Source of the DNA: Craspedostauros australis
Taxonomy: Eukaryota
NCBI GenBank assembly: GCA_030167865.1
Contig: JALAGF010000154.1
Coordinates: forward strand, 1 to 32,122
Length of the DNA stretch: 32,122 nucleotides
Direction of reading: 5' to 3'
Made by a program: the position numbers and the translations under genes. Positions 22,591 to 32,122 of this stretch are shown piece after piece (the stretch's first letter is position 1; every line of letters starts with the position of its first letter). The notes under the pieces are model-generated. The model was not told the origin of the DNA and did not search any database. It saw nothing but the letters and a program-made list of their open reading frames with translations.

Positions 22591-24229
22591 TACTGTTTTA
22601 GAGGCAATATACGGTGCAAGCGGACAGACGTTGGTTGTGTGGGGGGCTCATGTCACGACATGTGGAACCCATTTCTATCTGATTTTCGCTTTCTTTGTGT
22701 TTTGCTTGGTGGGAAGCTTGATGGAGAACAAGAATGTGTGCTCATTTGAACGTTACGGACGTTAATCGGAGTCGAGCCTGCGATGACGTCGTTCTTGTTT
22801 TCGTTAAGTACGGTGTGATGTCACATGATCCGTGGTGCTTGACATCGCCAAAGTTGCGTGTGGTTGGACAGACGTTCGAATTGACGTCTTCATTCCACCT
22901 GGTTCAGATCAGAGCTGATTTTCGCGTGTTTTTTGGTCGCAGAAGTGTGCGTTTGCCAATCCATTTCGAAGTGTGTGTTTGCGAGACTGGTTGCGGCGTG
23001 CGAATGCAATCGACAGTATTTGAAGTTTGTATGCTCTGCCGCAGCGATGCATTGTGGTCACTGTGAAAGGACAATCGCCATATTATTTTGCTTCGGTTCG
23101 ATTCTCGCTTTCTCTTCCTTTTTTGCACCGCACGATTTTGCTGAGTGATCTCGTATCATACTCTTCTACATTCGTCACAACATCATGTGCGCTGCATGCT
23201 CGACTCGCACCCTACTATTCTACTCTGTGTGATTTTGATTTTCTGTGTAGAATAGATCTGGATTGTTTGCCAACTGTTATCTTGCCGTACCAGCGTAGCA
23301 CACACATTCACCTGCGCTGCTGAATGGGAACGAGTATGATTTTTCGTGGATTCTTGTTCCTGTGTAGTTTGTGCATGTCCAAGCGATTGCCGACTCCTCT
23401 GACAAAGTCATGTTGTGATCATTCATGTCAACAAACAACGCAGACCGTACACATCACCACATCCAACATCACACACTTGCAAGCACAAACATCAACACAT
23501 TCACCCAAACGCCAAAACATGCTCAGGAGGGCACTCCGAACTCCCAAGTGTGAGTAAACCTGAGAGAGAACCAATTGAAGGAAATGCTGATGTCCCAAAC
23601 TACTCTGCTCTCCCACCACTATCTGAATGGTGTCTGAATGTATCTACCTACCAACACTTACACTCGGGGGTTACCCGTGGTCACCCAGGCATCCGGAGAC
23701 TGGAAATAGTGACATTCCCTTCCCTCTCAGCAGAGACAAATTCATTGCAGCTCCATCGCAACTCCAACAGCAATCCCTTCAGGGCAATACCCACCATACC
23801 CACAAATCCACCCATCAAGCGTAGAGACAGCCTACCCATCAACACCAAAAACCAAATGCAGGAGCCAACCACAAGCAACCAACAAAGAGTGAATGTCCAG
23901 AATACAGAATCCAGCAAGACAATGATCCAAACCATGATGATAACAGAGGCAGCCAGAACCGTATCTATGTCTGTCTTTTCCCCCCACCTTGATCAGGACA
24001 ACTCATGTGCCCGACTCACACACATTCTCTACCATGGCCAACAAGCTTCTCCCTCCCATGACAATGGTGATTAAAGGCCCCATGCTGAGACCTACCCCCC
24101 TCAGCTCCACCTTTGTTATCCTTGTAACAACCATCCACTGCCTCCAGATTCATCTCATTGATGCCTGTTGCACTAGCACCACCCTCATCCTTGCCCATTG
24201 GTGTCAGCTTTGCCAACTGCAATGATAGT

Positions 24230-24620
24230 GATCTGGTTCTGGTCTCCATGCACAGTCCCATGGCAGCAACACACCAACCCAAGACATGGAAGCCAATGAC
24301 GCCAAACAAACAACAGTGGACCAAGTCATGGAAGAGGTGATGGAGGGCATTGCTGACAAGCTCTACAATAGTTCACAAATGCCAAGTTCTGGGAAGTTGA
24401 TCTGAGCAATGAGCAAGTCAACAACTTGGTCATTCGCAATGTATTCACCCCCAGATGGTCATTCAAACATTGAACTCTGGGACTCGGTGCTTGCAACTCA
24501 AAAGGAGAGGTTTGAACATGTACAAACAGGAGAGGGCAACTCAGGTGCCACATTACCGTGCACAGCAAAGGGCAGTTATTCATCTGCAAAACCTGACGAC
24601 CCTTGTCGAAATGTGTGACA
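24230..24620 (+). pseudogene. Possible frameshifted coding remnant inside the transposon
   Basis: Protein-like pieces in successive frames: DMEANDAKQTTVDQVMEEVMEGIADKLYN / FTNAKFWEVDLSNEQVNNLVIRNVFTP / DGHSNIELWDSVLATQKERFEHV. No family recognised. Confidence 0.35.
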
Positions 24621-24762
24621 TCAGAAATTCCTGATCGTACAGGACTGAACCAGAACAGAGGACAGAAATAACAAAATCCCCCTCACTATCAACATGGCAA
24701 GTGTGGGATCCATCACTCCTGAGCGTTACAGAAGCATGTTCCTGTTGGGACAACGGGGAATT

Positions 24763-26139
24763 TCAACAGAGAATTGGGTGATGGGTACGTGTAGGCCATG
24801 AGTCTGTGATGTAGGCTAGCATTGTTGACGGATTTGGTAAAGAGGAGGCAGTTGTGATCTCGCTTGCATTCAAAACATCATCATGAATAGTACTTGCCTG
24901 GATCCCTGTGGTGAGAAAATTGAACTCTGGAAGGGAGAGCATTGCTTCCAGAGTGTTGATGATGTTGTTGATGATATCCTTCAGGACGGCCTTCAGCATA
25001 TCCTCCTTGGTGGCTTTGTCAATGCTGTTGCCACCACTGACATCGCATCCCTTGCTCTTGAGCTGTTGCAGGATAGCCTTGGCCACGCTGAAGGTGTTGA
25101 AGGAGGTGGCAGTATCAACATTGATCTTGCAGGATGGGAAGGAGAAGGCAGCGATGGCAATCTTCTTCTGCTGATTCTCTTTGCACTTGGGAGTGGCTCA
25201 CTTCATTCTGCTCTCAGCATGTGGAATGCTGCATCTGGTGGCTCTTCCATGTTCTGAAAGGATGCTCCCACAAAGTGGGCGAAATCGATGAGGTTCATGG
25301 TGGTATCAACGCCTGGCTTGCGCATGATTGTAGTGACAGTTGGGTTGATGCCAGCATATGGACAGAAGTTGGTGTTGATTGAGGCGAAGTAGTTCTTGCA
25401 AGTAGGCCTGTGTACTATGTGCTGCGTGAAGAGTGCGGTGTGTTGTGTGCTGCATGGCTGTGGCGACAAGGAACTGGAGGTTGTCTGGAAATCCTGCAAT
25501 TGTGTATTGCATTGCATTTGGTTCCATCAGGATGATGTGGAGTGGATGAATAGTATGGATGAAGATAAAAGGAGAAGGAGAGAATGGGTGTGATTGTGTT
25601 GGTGTGCAAGTGTTTGAAGTGCAGCACATAAACGCATGATGGGCAATTGCTACAGTGATGGTGATGGGTTGCTGCGACTGCGGTTGTGCGTCAACACTTA
25701 CCTCCAAGCCAGCGCATGTACTGGAAGCGCATGACCTCCACGATTGCATGGATGAGAAGACAAGAACTGCATCCAGGTTGGCACAAGTCAACCTGATGAC
25801 GCAGACGAGGATGCCTGGGTCCTCGGCGACATTCTTCATTAACTGCTTGTCGGCATGGCCATTGCAGAGCTCCTCGAGAAGGTACCCTGCGCACTCCACG
25901 CATCCCACGATCATGTTCTCAGATAATCCTTTCATGTGTGCGACAGTGGCAATGGCATGGAAGGAATAGTACAGACTCTCAAGGACAACGCAGGCACAGA
26001 TGATCTTTGTGATTTAGCCACAGTGGACATCCTTTGGTATGACATGATGGCTTTGACGCATTGATGGTACCATGCATTCCACCATTTCTTGCTGGACATG
26101 CAGGAGGATTTGGTCGGTTGTTGATGGCATTGATGGCAT
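24763..26139 (-). pseudogene. Decayed intron-containing gene of unknown family inside the transposon
   Basis: One frame runs MPSTTDQILLHVQQEMVE...VHCG*(TAA 26016-26014)ITKIICACVVLESLYYSF...STCAGLE. A canonical phase-0 intron follows at 25701-25494 (GAG|GTAAGT...TTGCAG|GAT), then DFQTTSS...HMLRAE*. After a frameshift it continues KIAIAAFSF...AKAILQQLKSKG...EDMLKAVLKDIINNIINTLEA. Confidence 0.6.
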
Positions 26140-28908
26140 TGACGGCTGTGGGGGACTGGCCAATGAGCACAGTAGTTGACCATTGCTGCGAAAGATCTTT
26201 GGATGCGAAGAGCGGTATCGTATGTTTGGTTGGCATCTATTGGTGCAGCAGTTTGTCCATTCCGTGTGTTCTGCCATTCGTGGATTCGGTCGTTTGTCTG
26301 TTGGTTGATTTGCGCTGCTGAATTGTGAATGTTGTTTGTTGTTCGGAGTGATCACTTGTCTGCCCATTCATTTGCGTTCGTTTGTGTTGGTTAGTTCATG
26401 CGTTTGGGAGCGACGAGCGGCGACAGTTTGGAATGGATTTTGTGGATGGAATTGTTGATCGTACGATGCTCATGCTGTTTGACATTTGAGCCACGCAGAA
26501 TCTGTAGTGTGTGCGGGTGCGCATCCGCATCAGACAGCATTCCATGGGATGCCAGAGGAGCAACATTGAATAGAACACAATGATCAATGAGTGGCATTGA
26601 TGTAAGTGATGACAAATCAAACTGGAACAAGTGATTGTTGCCAAATACTCTGCTGATTTGTTGGTTGCAGCCAGCAGAACTCAGTTGGGTGTTCTCTGTT
26701 ATGTACCCTGCAGGCTCCGCAGCTGTGACCTGTGGGCTCTGCTCTCTGCCAAATGATGCAGAGTGATCTGTTGATCGCTTTGAGATACTTTGCTGCATGT
26801 ACTATGGTCTTTGTTGGGTACTCTGGTGTTGGGGATTTGTAGTTTCTTGATTGTTGCCAATTACTTTGCAGTATATTCGATGCTTGATCCTTTTCTGCTG
26901 CTGGTTGCTTCCTGTTGGATCTTCTCTGTGAATTTGGTTGTGGTTGGATGCTCCTCGTTCTGAATGTNCTTCATTGCTTCACTACTGGTTGCCAAATGTC
27001 ATGTGGTGGTGCTCACTACTAACCCACTAGTACCTGGTTGAAGCCAGATACTCTTCTCAATATTGAGCCATGTATGAATTCATTGGCTGTGGTTGGAAGC
27101 CCTTTTGCTTCTTCTGGAAACTGCCTACTACTTGTTGATCAACAACAATATTCCCGGATCTTGCTGAATGCAGTCTTCTCATCAGTTGGTTGCTTCAGGA
27201 AGCAGTCTGTGCTCTGCATTCTGTGTGGCACCGGTGACTAGTATGTGTGTTGGCGTCAGCCGGATGTTGCCTTTCATGCTTTCGACGGGATGTGGTGCTC
27301 TCTGTCTGTTGCGACATACACTGATGAGATCTGTACTATATGCTGTGCTCTCTGCCCATCAGCTGCTTCCAGCCAGATGATCTGCTATTGACCATCAGCC
27401 GAATATACAACTTCTGAAGACTACTGTGATGTTCATTCCACATGCTCAATGCTCAGCCATCCACAAGGCTCTGAATGCACCAACTCACGGAGCATTGTCC
27501 TTGCCGCTGTGATGTCAGTGTTGTTGAGGTTGTTGTTGCCCTGATGCACGGCATTCGCAGCTCGTTGTGCATTGCTGACTGCTCTTCACTGCCCTTTGCC
27601 CATTGACATCATAGAGGATGAGAATTTGGTCTGCAGTGGGAGTGCAAGGAGATGCAGCTCCAGATCCACCATTGCCCTTCAACCATACTTGTATTCCTTG
27701 TGTGTCGGTACAGAGTGTTGACGATGGTTGCTGCATCCGTTGACGATGCTGCGGTAGGCGTTAGTGGAGTAGCTTGGTAGATTTCTCTGCTGGTGTGTTC
27801 ATGAGATGGTGGTGTCTCATGGTCGTCGACGATGCTGTCGGCACTGAACTACGCAGTATCATTCTGCTCAGCACACACTGAGCATATCTTCGATGGCCAC
27901 AATGGAGTTGTTGTTAATGATATAGTTGACCTGCAGCCCTGGTTGACTTGCTGTGATGGATGCAATTGCGTTGTTGTTCAGTTTCTGTGGTGGATGGTGT
28001 TGTTGGGACGAATCTGTTGGTCCACCCAACGCCTCCCACCAAACCATGCGTTGAATTTGTTGCGTTTGAAGGCTTTGCGAGAACCATCTACCGTCTGTCC
28101 GTGCACCCACATACACACGTCATGATGGTGAGACGAAGTGATTGGACAAGGAATACTGATGATGACGTTTGACAAATGTCAATGATAAAATACGAGAGCC
28201 ATCGGTACATTTCAAATTTGAATTTCAAACGTTCACATGTATCAGTAGTTGAAATTGCGTAGATTGTTGCCATGAAACACGAATGACGTTAATGGAGGTT
28301 ACGCGAGTCAATATTTAAAATGGCCTCTCCCGCTTTGGATTGATGGTGACTAAAGGGGTTCCACCATTGCTTCTTCCCCAGCTTGCTTACTGCCACCCAG
28401 AAGACTACGTGTACTTCAATACTTCCTAAATGATTTCCTTCAAAGACTTGGGACGATTTCTTCGACAAGGGTTGAATTGAACGACTGAGATCGAACACAT
28501 GTGAACAAGGACATTCGCCACAGTACAAGACGGCAATGCACGAGACTGAGGATGTCAATCCAATTCTCCATCGTTGCCTCACTCTTTCAGAAGCTATTGT
28601 ACTCGATTACCCCCTGTCCATTAGAAGTACCGCCTTCACCATCAGAATCCTGTGCGCAATGAATCGAGAATGAGCAGGGGAAGAGCAGTTGGGACAGCTT
28701 CCCACGTTGACACCGCGAGTTGATCATGTTGTGAGCACCCAGAAATTTGCCGTCTGCCCGTCTGTGCGGCAATTGGCATCATGTTTTGCCTCCAACCCAC
28801 CAAAAACAGATTCTCGAACTCGTGAACAAACCCAAATGTCATGAGATAGTCCCAAACTCGAGAAAAACAACACGACAGATCGTGGGCTCCATTAGAGGTA
28901 GCCTGCTC

Positions 28909-29073
28909 AACTTCATCACCTCATAACTTTATAAACAAGATTCCCCTGGAGCTTTAATCTCGGATTATGAATCTAAGTATGTTAAAGTGTATATGAGCCA
29001 AGTTTCATCTGAATCGAAGGACCAAAATCAAAGAATCCTGGAGGGACCGCACCGCTATTGACTCACACGGGTC
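28909..29073 (-). repeat. Right terminal inverted repeat (imperfect, ~165 bp)
   Basis: The reverse complement contains the 36-bp core, ATTTTGG, TATACACTTTAACATACT (28993-28976; 15/18 with the left copy) and TTATAAAGTTATGAGG (28934-28919; 14/16 with the left copy). Confidence 0.8.
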
Positions 29074-29158
29074 ATATAATGTATCCCCTCCAGGCAGGAC
29101 CTCAGCGCTTGTCCAAATCACTCAGTGTGTCTTGGCGTGTTGTCCTTGTCGCAACCGT

Positions 29159-31138
29159 TCATTGCTTGTGCGTCACATCACTATCTTCGTCGACGACCGC
29201 TGCTACTGTTCCCGCCAGCGGCGCTTCCGGCATTGCGGCTGCTACCACTTCGTTCACAGGCGTAGTGCGCACGAGATTTGTCATTTGGAGAATGCTGCGC
29301 TGCACGACGGAATCAAGGTTGTTGTTGGAGACTTCCGGCGCAGGAGAGCTTATGCTGGAGACGCTGGAATGTCTCGACACGGCGATATTGTATTCGGGGA
29401 CGTATCTGTCGCCAGGTGCGTCCATCGGCACGTCGCCGTGAGCGGCAAGGGAAGATCCACCCATGCGTCGCGAGCCGCCATCGAGATTGGATGAGGTGCC
29501 GGCCTGGGATGGACTCCATGCGCCGCTGGACATGTAATCCTGCGCCTGCGCCAGCGAGAAGATCCGCTGCTCGTCGAAGACTGGTTGGGAACTCGCGGTG
29601 TTGTTGATTGACAAGTGTGATGGCGAGGGAATATCTTGCTGGGTGTGGGTGGATTGCAAAGCAGCCGCCGCCCTGTGGGGATGCCGGTGCGCCGACGAGA
29701 ATGCGGACGCCAGGGACTGTCGCAGACTTGACGTTGTCGCTGCTTCGGTGGGTATGTTGTTTCGCACACCACCACCGATACGGACCGTCGACGCCGAGTA
29801 CGCGCCCCTTGACTGGGAGATGCCGCTGTCATTGTGGACCAAGCTGTTCGCACGAGCGGACATGGGCAGGCTGCCGGCGGGCTCCACCGCCTGGTCCACG
29901 CGTCCGCATTGCAGATTCGTTCGAGCGGCGGCCCGTATTATCGTTCCCTGACGTTCCGCCAGCGGTCCGACCCAGCGAAGGCACATGCCGCCGATGTTGT
30001 ACAGGAACAGCGAGAATGGCCACAGCACGAACGCCCCTGCTCCGACGCTGACCCATCCGTACGTCTGCTGTCTCGGCCTGCATCGTAGCACAGCGTTCTT
30101 GGCACCCCAAAAGGAAATGGCGACCAATATGAACGCAACACCGATGCTGCACCCTCTCATCCACACCTGCTGCGGTTCCTGCAGCTGCTTCTGACGTGAC
30201 TCCAGCAACCAATCTGCCTTGAGCACGGCGATGGTCGGATCGTCTTCCAGCACCAGCAATTCCACGTTGAAGAATCCCTCCTCCACGAACTGCCTCGTTT
30301 CAAAGGTCTTGCGGATCTGGATGGGCTCTTCCGTGGTTTCCACGATGTAATCGACCACCGCATGGTACACGGGGATGCCCGTCCCGTCGGGATCCTGTCC
30401 CAGCGTCACCTGCAGCACGTGCCCGCGCACCAGCTTGCTGTTCTGCTCGCGGAAGGGGTCCGTCTGAGGGTCCTCCTGCAGCGTGCTGATGATCCAAACG
30501 GTCCACCCGACTGCGCATGCCAAACACAGCCACACATCCGAAAGGCTGCCGTACACCACCTGCTGACGCCCGCGCAGCTGTCGTCTCTGCAGTGTTCTGG
30601 CTTGCGATGACAATGATGATAGCACAGATGACCGTCGCTGGTCTTCGCTTGGATCGACATGGTCGTGATCGTTGTCGTGCTTGTTGTCGTTGCGGAATTC
30701 ATAATCATGCGAGTTTTGCAACCAGGAGCCCGATTCGTCATTGATTCCCAACCCCATGTCAACATCCACCTCGGAATCGGACGCCAGAAAGGCGTAGTCC
30801 TTGATGTCAATCTTCTGCATGGAATGCGAGTACTCATGTTCGTAGCCATGGCCATACTGGTAGTCATGATCCTGGTAGTAGCTGTGCTCGTAACCGTGAC
30901 CTGATGTGACAAATGACGGCATCGATGGATAGCTGATGGAAATCCAACCATCGCAATGTCCCTCCATGCACACCCCCAACGTCAATACGATGGTAACGAA
31001 CAGAAGGATGATGCTGCGAATGGAGATAGTATTCGCATTGCTGATGCCATCGTTGTCGTTGTTGTCATTGTTGTCGTTGGTGATGGTGATCGGATGCGTC
31101 GTGGCCCATCTTGACTCAGAGGCTTCAACATCCATCAT
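29159..31138 (-). CDS. Uncharacterised multi-pass membrane protein (~659 aa) with His/Tyr/Asp-rich N-region, RxL motif and a TM-beta-TM module loosely resembling DUF3592
   Basis: Single long ORF, first ATG at 31138. Hydrophobic segments: IILLFVTIVLTLGVCM, VWLCLACAVGWTVWIIS, SIGVAFILVAISFWGA, WVSVGAGAFVLWPFSLFLY. The beta-rich loop VRGHVLQV...VYHAVVDY...VELLVLEDDP lies between TMs. The DUF resemblance is inference only. Confidence 0.78.
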   Translation of the reverse strand: MMDVEASESRWATTHPITITNDNNDNNDNDGISNANTISIRSIILLFVTIVLTLGVCMEGHCDGWISISYPSMPSFVTSGHGYEHSYYQDHDYQYGHGYEHEYSHSMQKIDIKDYAFLASDSEVDVDMGLGINDESGSWLQNSHDYEFRNDNKHDNDHDHVDPSEDQRRSSVLSSLSSQARTLQRRQLRGRQQVVYGSLSDVWLCLACAVGWTVWIISTLQEDPQTDPFREQNSKLVRGHVLQVTLGQDPDGTGIPVYHAVVDYIVETTEEPIQIRKTFETRQFVEEGFFNVELLVLEDDPTIAVLKADWLLESRQKQLQEPQQVWMRGCSIGVAFILVAISFWGAKNAVLRCRPRQQTYGWVSVGAGAFVLWPFSLFLYNIGGMCLRWVGPLAERQGTIIRAAARTNLQCGRVDQAVEPAGSLPMSARANSLVHNDSGISQSRGAYSASTVRIGGGVRNNIPTEAATTSSLRQSLASAFSSAHRHPHRAAAALQSTHTQQDIPSPSHLSINNTASSQPVFDEQRIFSLAQAQDYMSSGAWSPSQAGTSSNLDGGSRRMGGSSLAAHGDVPMDAPGDRYVPEYNIAVSRHSSVSSISSPAPEVSNNNLDSVVQRSILQMTNLVRTTPVNEVVAAAMPEAPLAGTVAAVVDEDSDVTHKQ

Positions 31139-31420
31139 TATAGTTGGATTATACAATATAAGAGTTGGTATTGTGTGGCTGTTGCTTGAGCCGACGTGAT
31201 GCGTTTTGTTTTCTTATGATGTGTTGAGTACGATGATGGCGATGGTTCAACACAACAACTACGACAACAACCACAACTACTGTATGCTAGCGTGTGATGC
31301 TGATGACAATGATGATGTCCCGCAAGATCGACTGTGCTCTTCCTGTCGTCTTCCGAACGAACTGTCCAATTGCGTGATGGATGTTGTCCACGCTCAATCA
31401 CAAGTGTATGCCTACGAGTA

Positions 31421-31486
31421 TGGTTGAGTCTCAGAGCGTGGATGTTAGCGTGGTTGAGTCTCAGGGCGTGGATAGTACCGTGGTTG
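31421..31486. repeat. 30-bp tandem repeat (~2.2 copies)
   Basis: TGGTTGAGTCTCAGAGCGTGGATGTTAGCG vs TGGTTGAGTCTCAGGGCGTGGATAGTACCG (26/30), then TGGTTG. Confidence 0.85.
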
Positions 31487-31727
31487 GTAGCGCGGATGAT
31501 GGCATGAGATGGTTGGGTTCACAATGTGCGAGTTGGAAGCAAGGAAGGATGGCTCCCTTCTTGGTCGAGTTCTTCACATCGTTCTTGTGTCGTTCTTTTC
31601 GCCGTCTTTGGTTCCTCCTCCAATTCACCAGTCCGCTCTCGCGCAACTCTGGCAGAGGTAACGGCTGAACTGGTTTGGCTCGGGTTCTGTAACGGCGAAT
31701 TTTCTCCACTGGAGGTGGTTGTAAGGG

Positions 31728-31907
31728 TCATAATTTCATAATCTGGGCCTCTTGACCAATCATATCGCTCCATTTAGGGCACAAGATACCTTTCGGCTCC
31801 TCGTTGAATTGGGGGTCAACGTCGACATAACGTCAATCGAAATAATTATGAACTCATTGTCCGCGAATATGAACGCTCCTCGGAGACCGTTCATAATTTC
31901 ATAATCT
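31728..31907. repeat. Exact 17-bp direct repeat TCATAATTTCATAATCT with inverted half-sites in between
   Basis: Copies at 31728-31744 and 31891-31907. AATTATGAAC near 31844 and AATATGAAC near 31866 are reverse-orientation partial copies. Confidence 0.75.
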
Positions 31908-32122
31908 CTCTGAGGAGTCGCGGTAGTCCAAAATTCGTTCTCAACGGCTACATCGGAGCAAAACTTTGTGCTCACACCAGATTGATCCGATGTGCTCTAC
32001 TGCAAATTGATTATTCGTGCCCACCCATTGCATTGCACCTCTCTGTTGCAGTTCAACTCCTTCTTTACATGCACCTAGTGTAACTCTGTATTTATCATCT
32101 GATGAACTCCAGCGGATCATAT

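Larger units (their letters stand above)
22416..29073. mobile_element. Non-autonomous or decayed TIR DNA transposon, probably Mutator/MULE superfamily (6658 bp)
   Basis: The left end GACCCGTGTGAGCGAAAAGCGGTGCGGTCCATCCAG matches the reverse complement of the right end GACCCGTGTGAGTCAATAGCGGTGCGGTCCCTCCAG at 32/36. The 9-bp flanks are ATATAATAT (22407-22415) and ATATAATGT (29074-29082), 8/9 identical. G-initial long imperfect TIRs with a 9-bp TSD are typical of MULEs. No intact transposase ORF was found. Confidence 0.85.

Noticed and set aside
23400-28184. TGACAAAGTCATG / TGACAAATGTCAATG as boundaries of a nested insertion
   Set aside because: Short gapped match with no accompanying LTRs or TIRs, compatible with chance.
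22416-29073. Transposase, reverse transcriptase, tyrosine recombinase or TnpB/Fanzor remnant inside the element
   Set aside because: Reading the frames by eye showed no convincing DDE, SWIM, YxDD, RHRY or RuvC motifs. A heavily decayed copy cannot be excluded without a profile search.
32040-32080. Helitron 3' end at CTAG|T (32075-32079)
   Set aside because: There is no GC-rich hairpin 10-20 nt upstream and no identifiable 5' end.
22287-32122. GATGAAC...CGGATCATAT similarity between ~22288-22302 and the window end
   Set aside because: Only a short interrupted match with no extension visible, and it is truncated by the window edge.

Overview
Eukaryotic genomic DNA, most likely from a diatom. 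The evidence is GT-AG introns, plastid-type bipartite presequences, an HA-domain protein and RxL motifs. I rebuilt eight protein-coding genes by hand from splice sites and reading frames: a 5-exon protein with three helicase-associated (HA) domains and a terminal C2HC finger (+), tubulin cofactor C (-), an ATL-like transmembrane RING-H2 ligase (-), the TRM8/METTL1 tRNA m7G46 methyltransferase (+), a probably plastid-targeted RlmN-like radical-SAM methyltransferase (-), a J-domain protein with a duplicated Q/N/G-rich tail (+), a 1039-aa probably plastid-targeted membrane protein of unknown function (-), and an RxL-bearing multi-TM protein (-). The apparently gene-free 6.66-kb stretch at 22416-29073 is one DNA transposon. 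It has imperfect terminal inverted repeats starting GACCCGTGTGAG and a 9-bp target-site duplication (ATATAATAT/ATATAATGT), typical of the Mutator/MULE superfamily. I found no recognisable transposase in it. Instead it carries a CpG-depleted core holding a decayed, intron-containing gene of unknown family, so it is a candidate Pack-MULE-like or cargo-carrying element. No database searches were possible, so family calls rest on recognised motifs.
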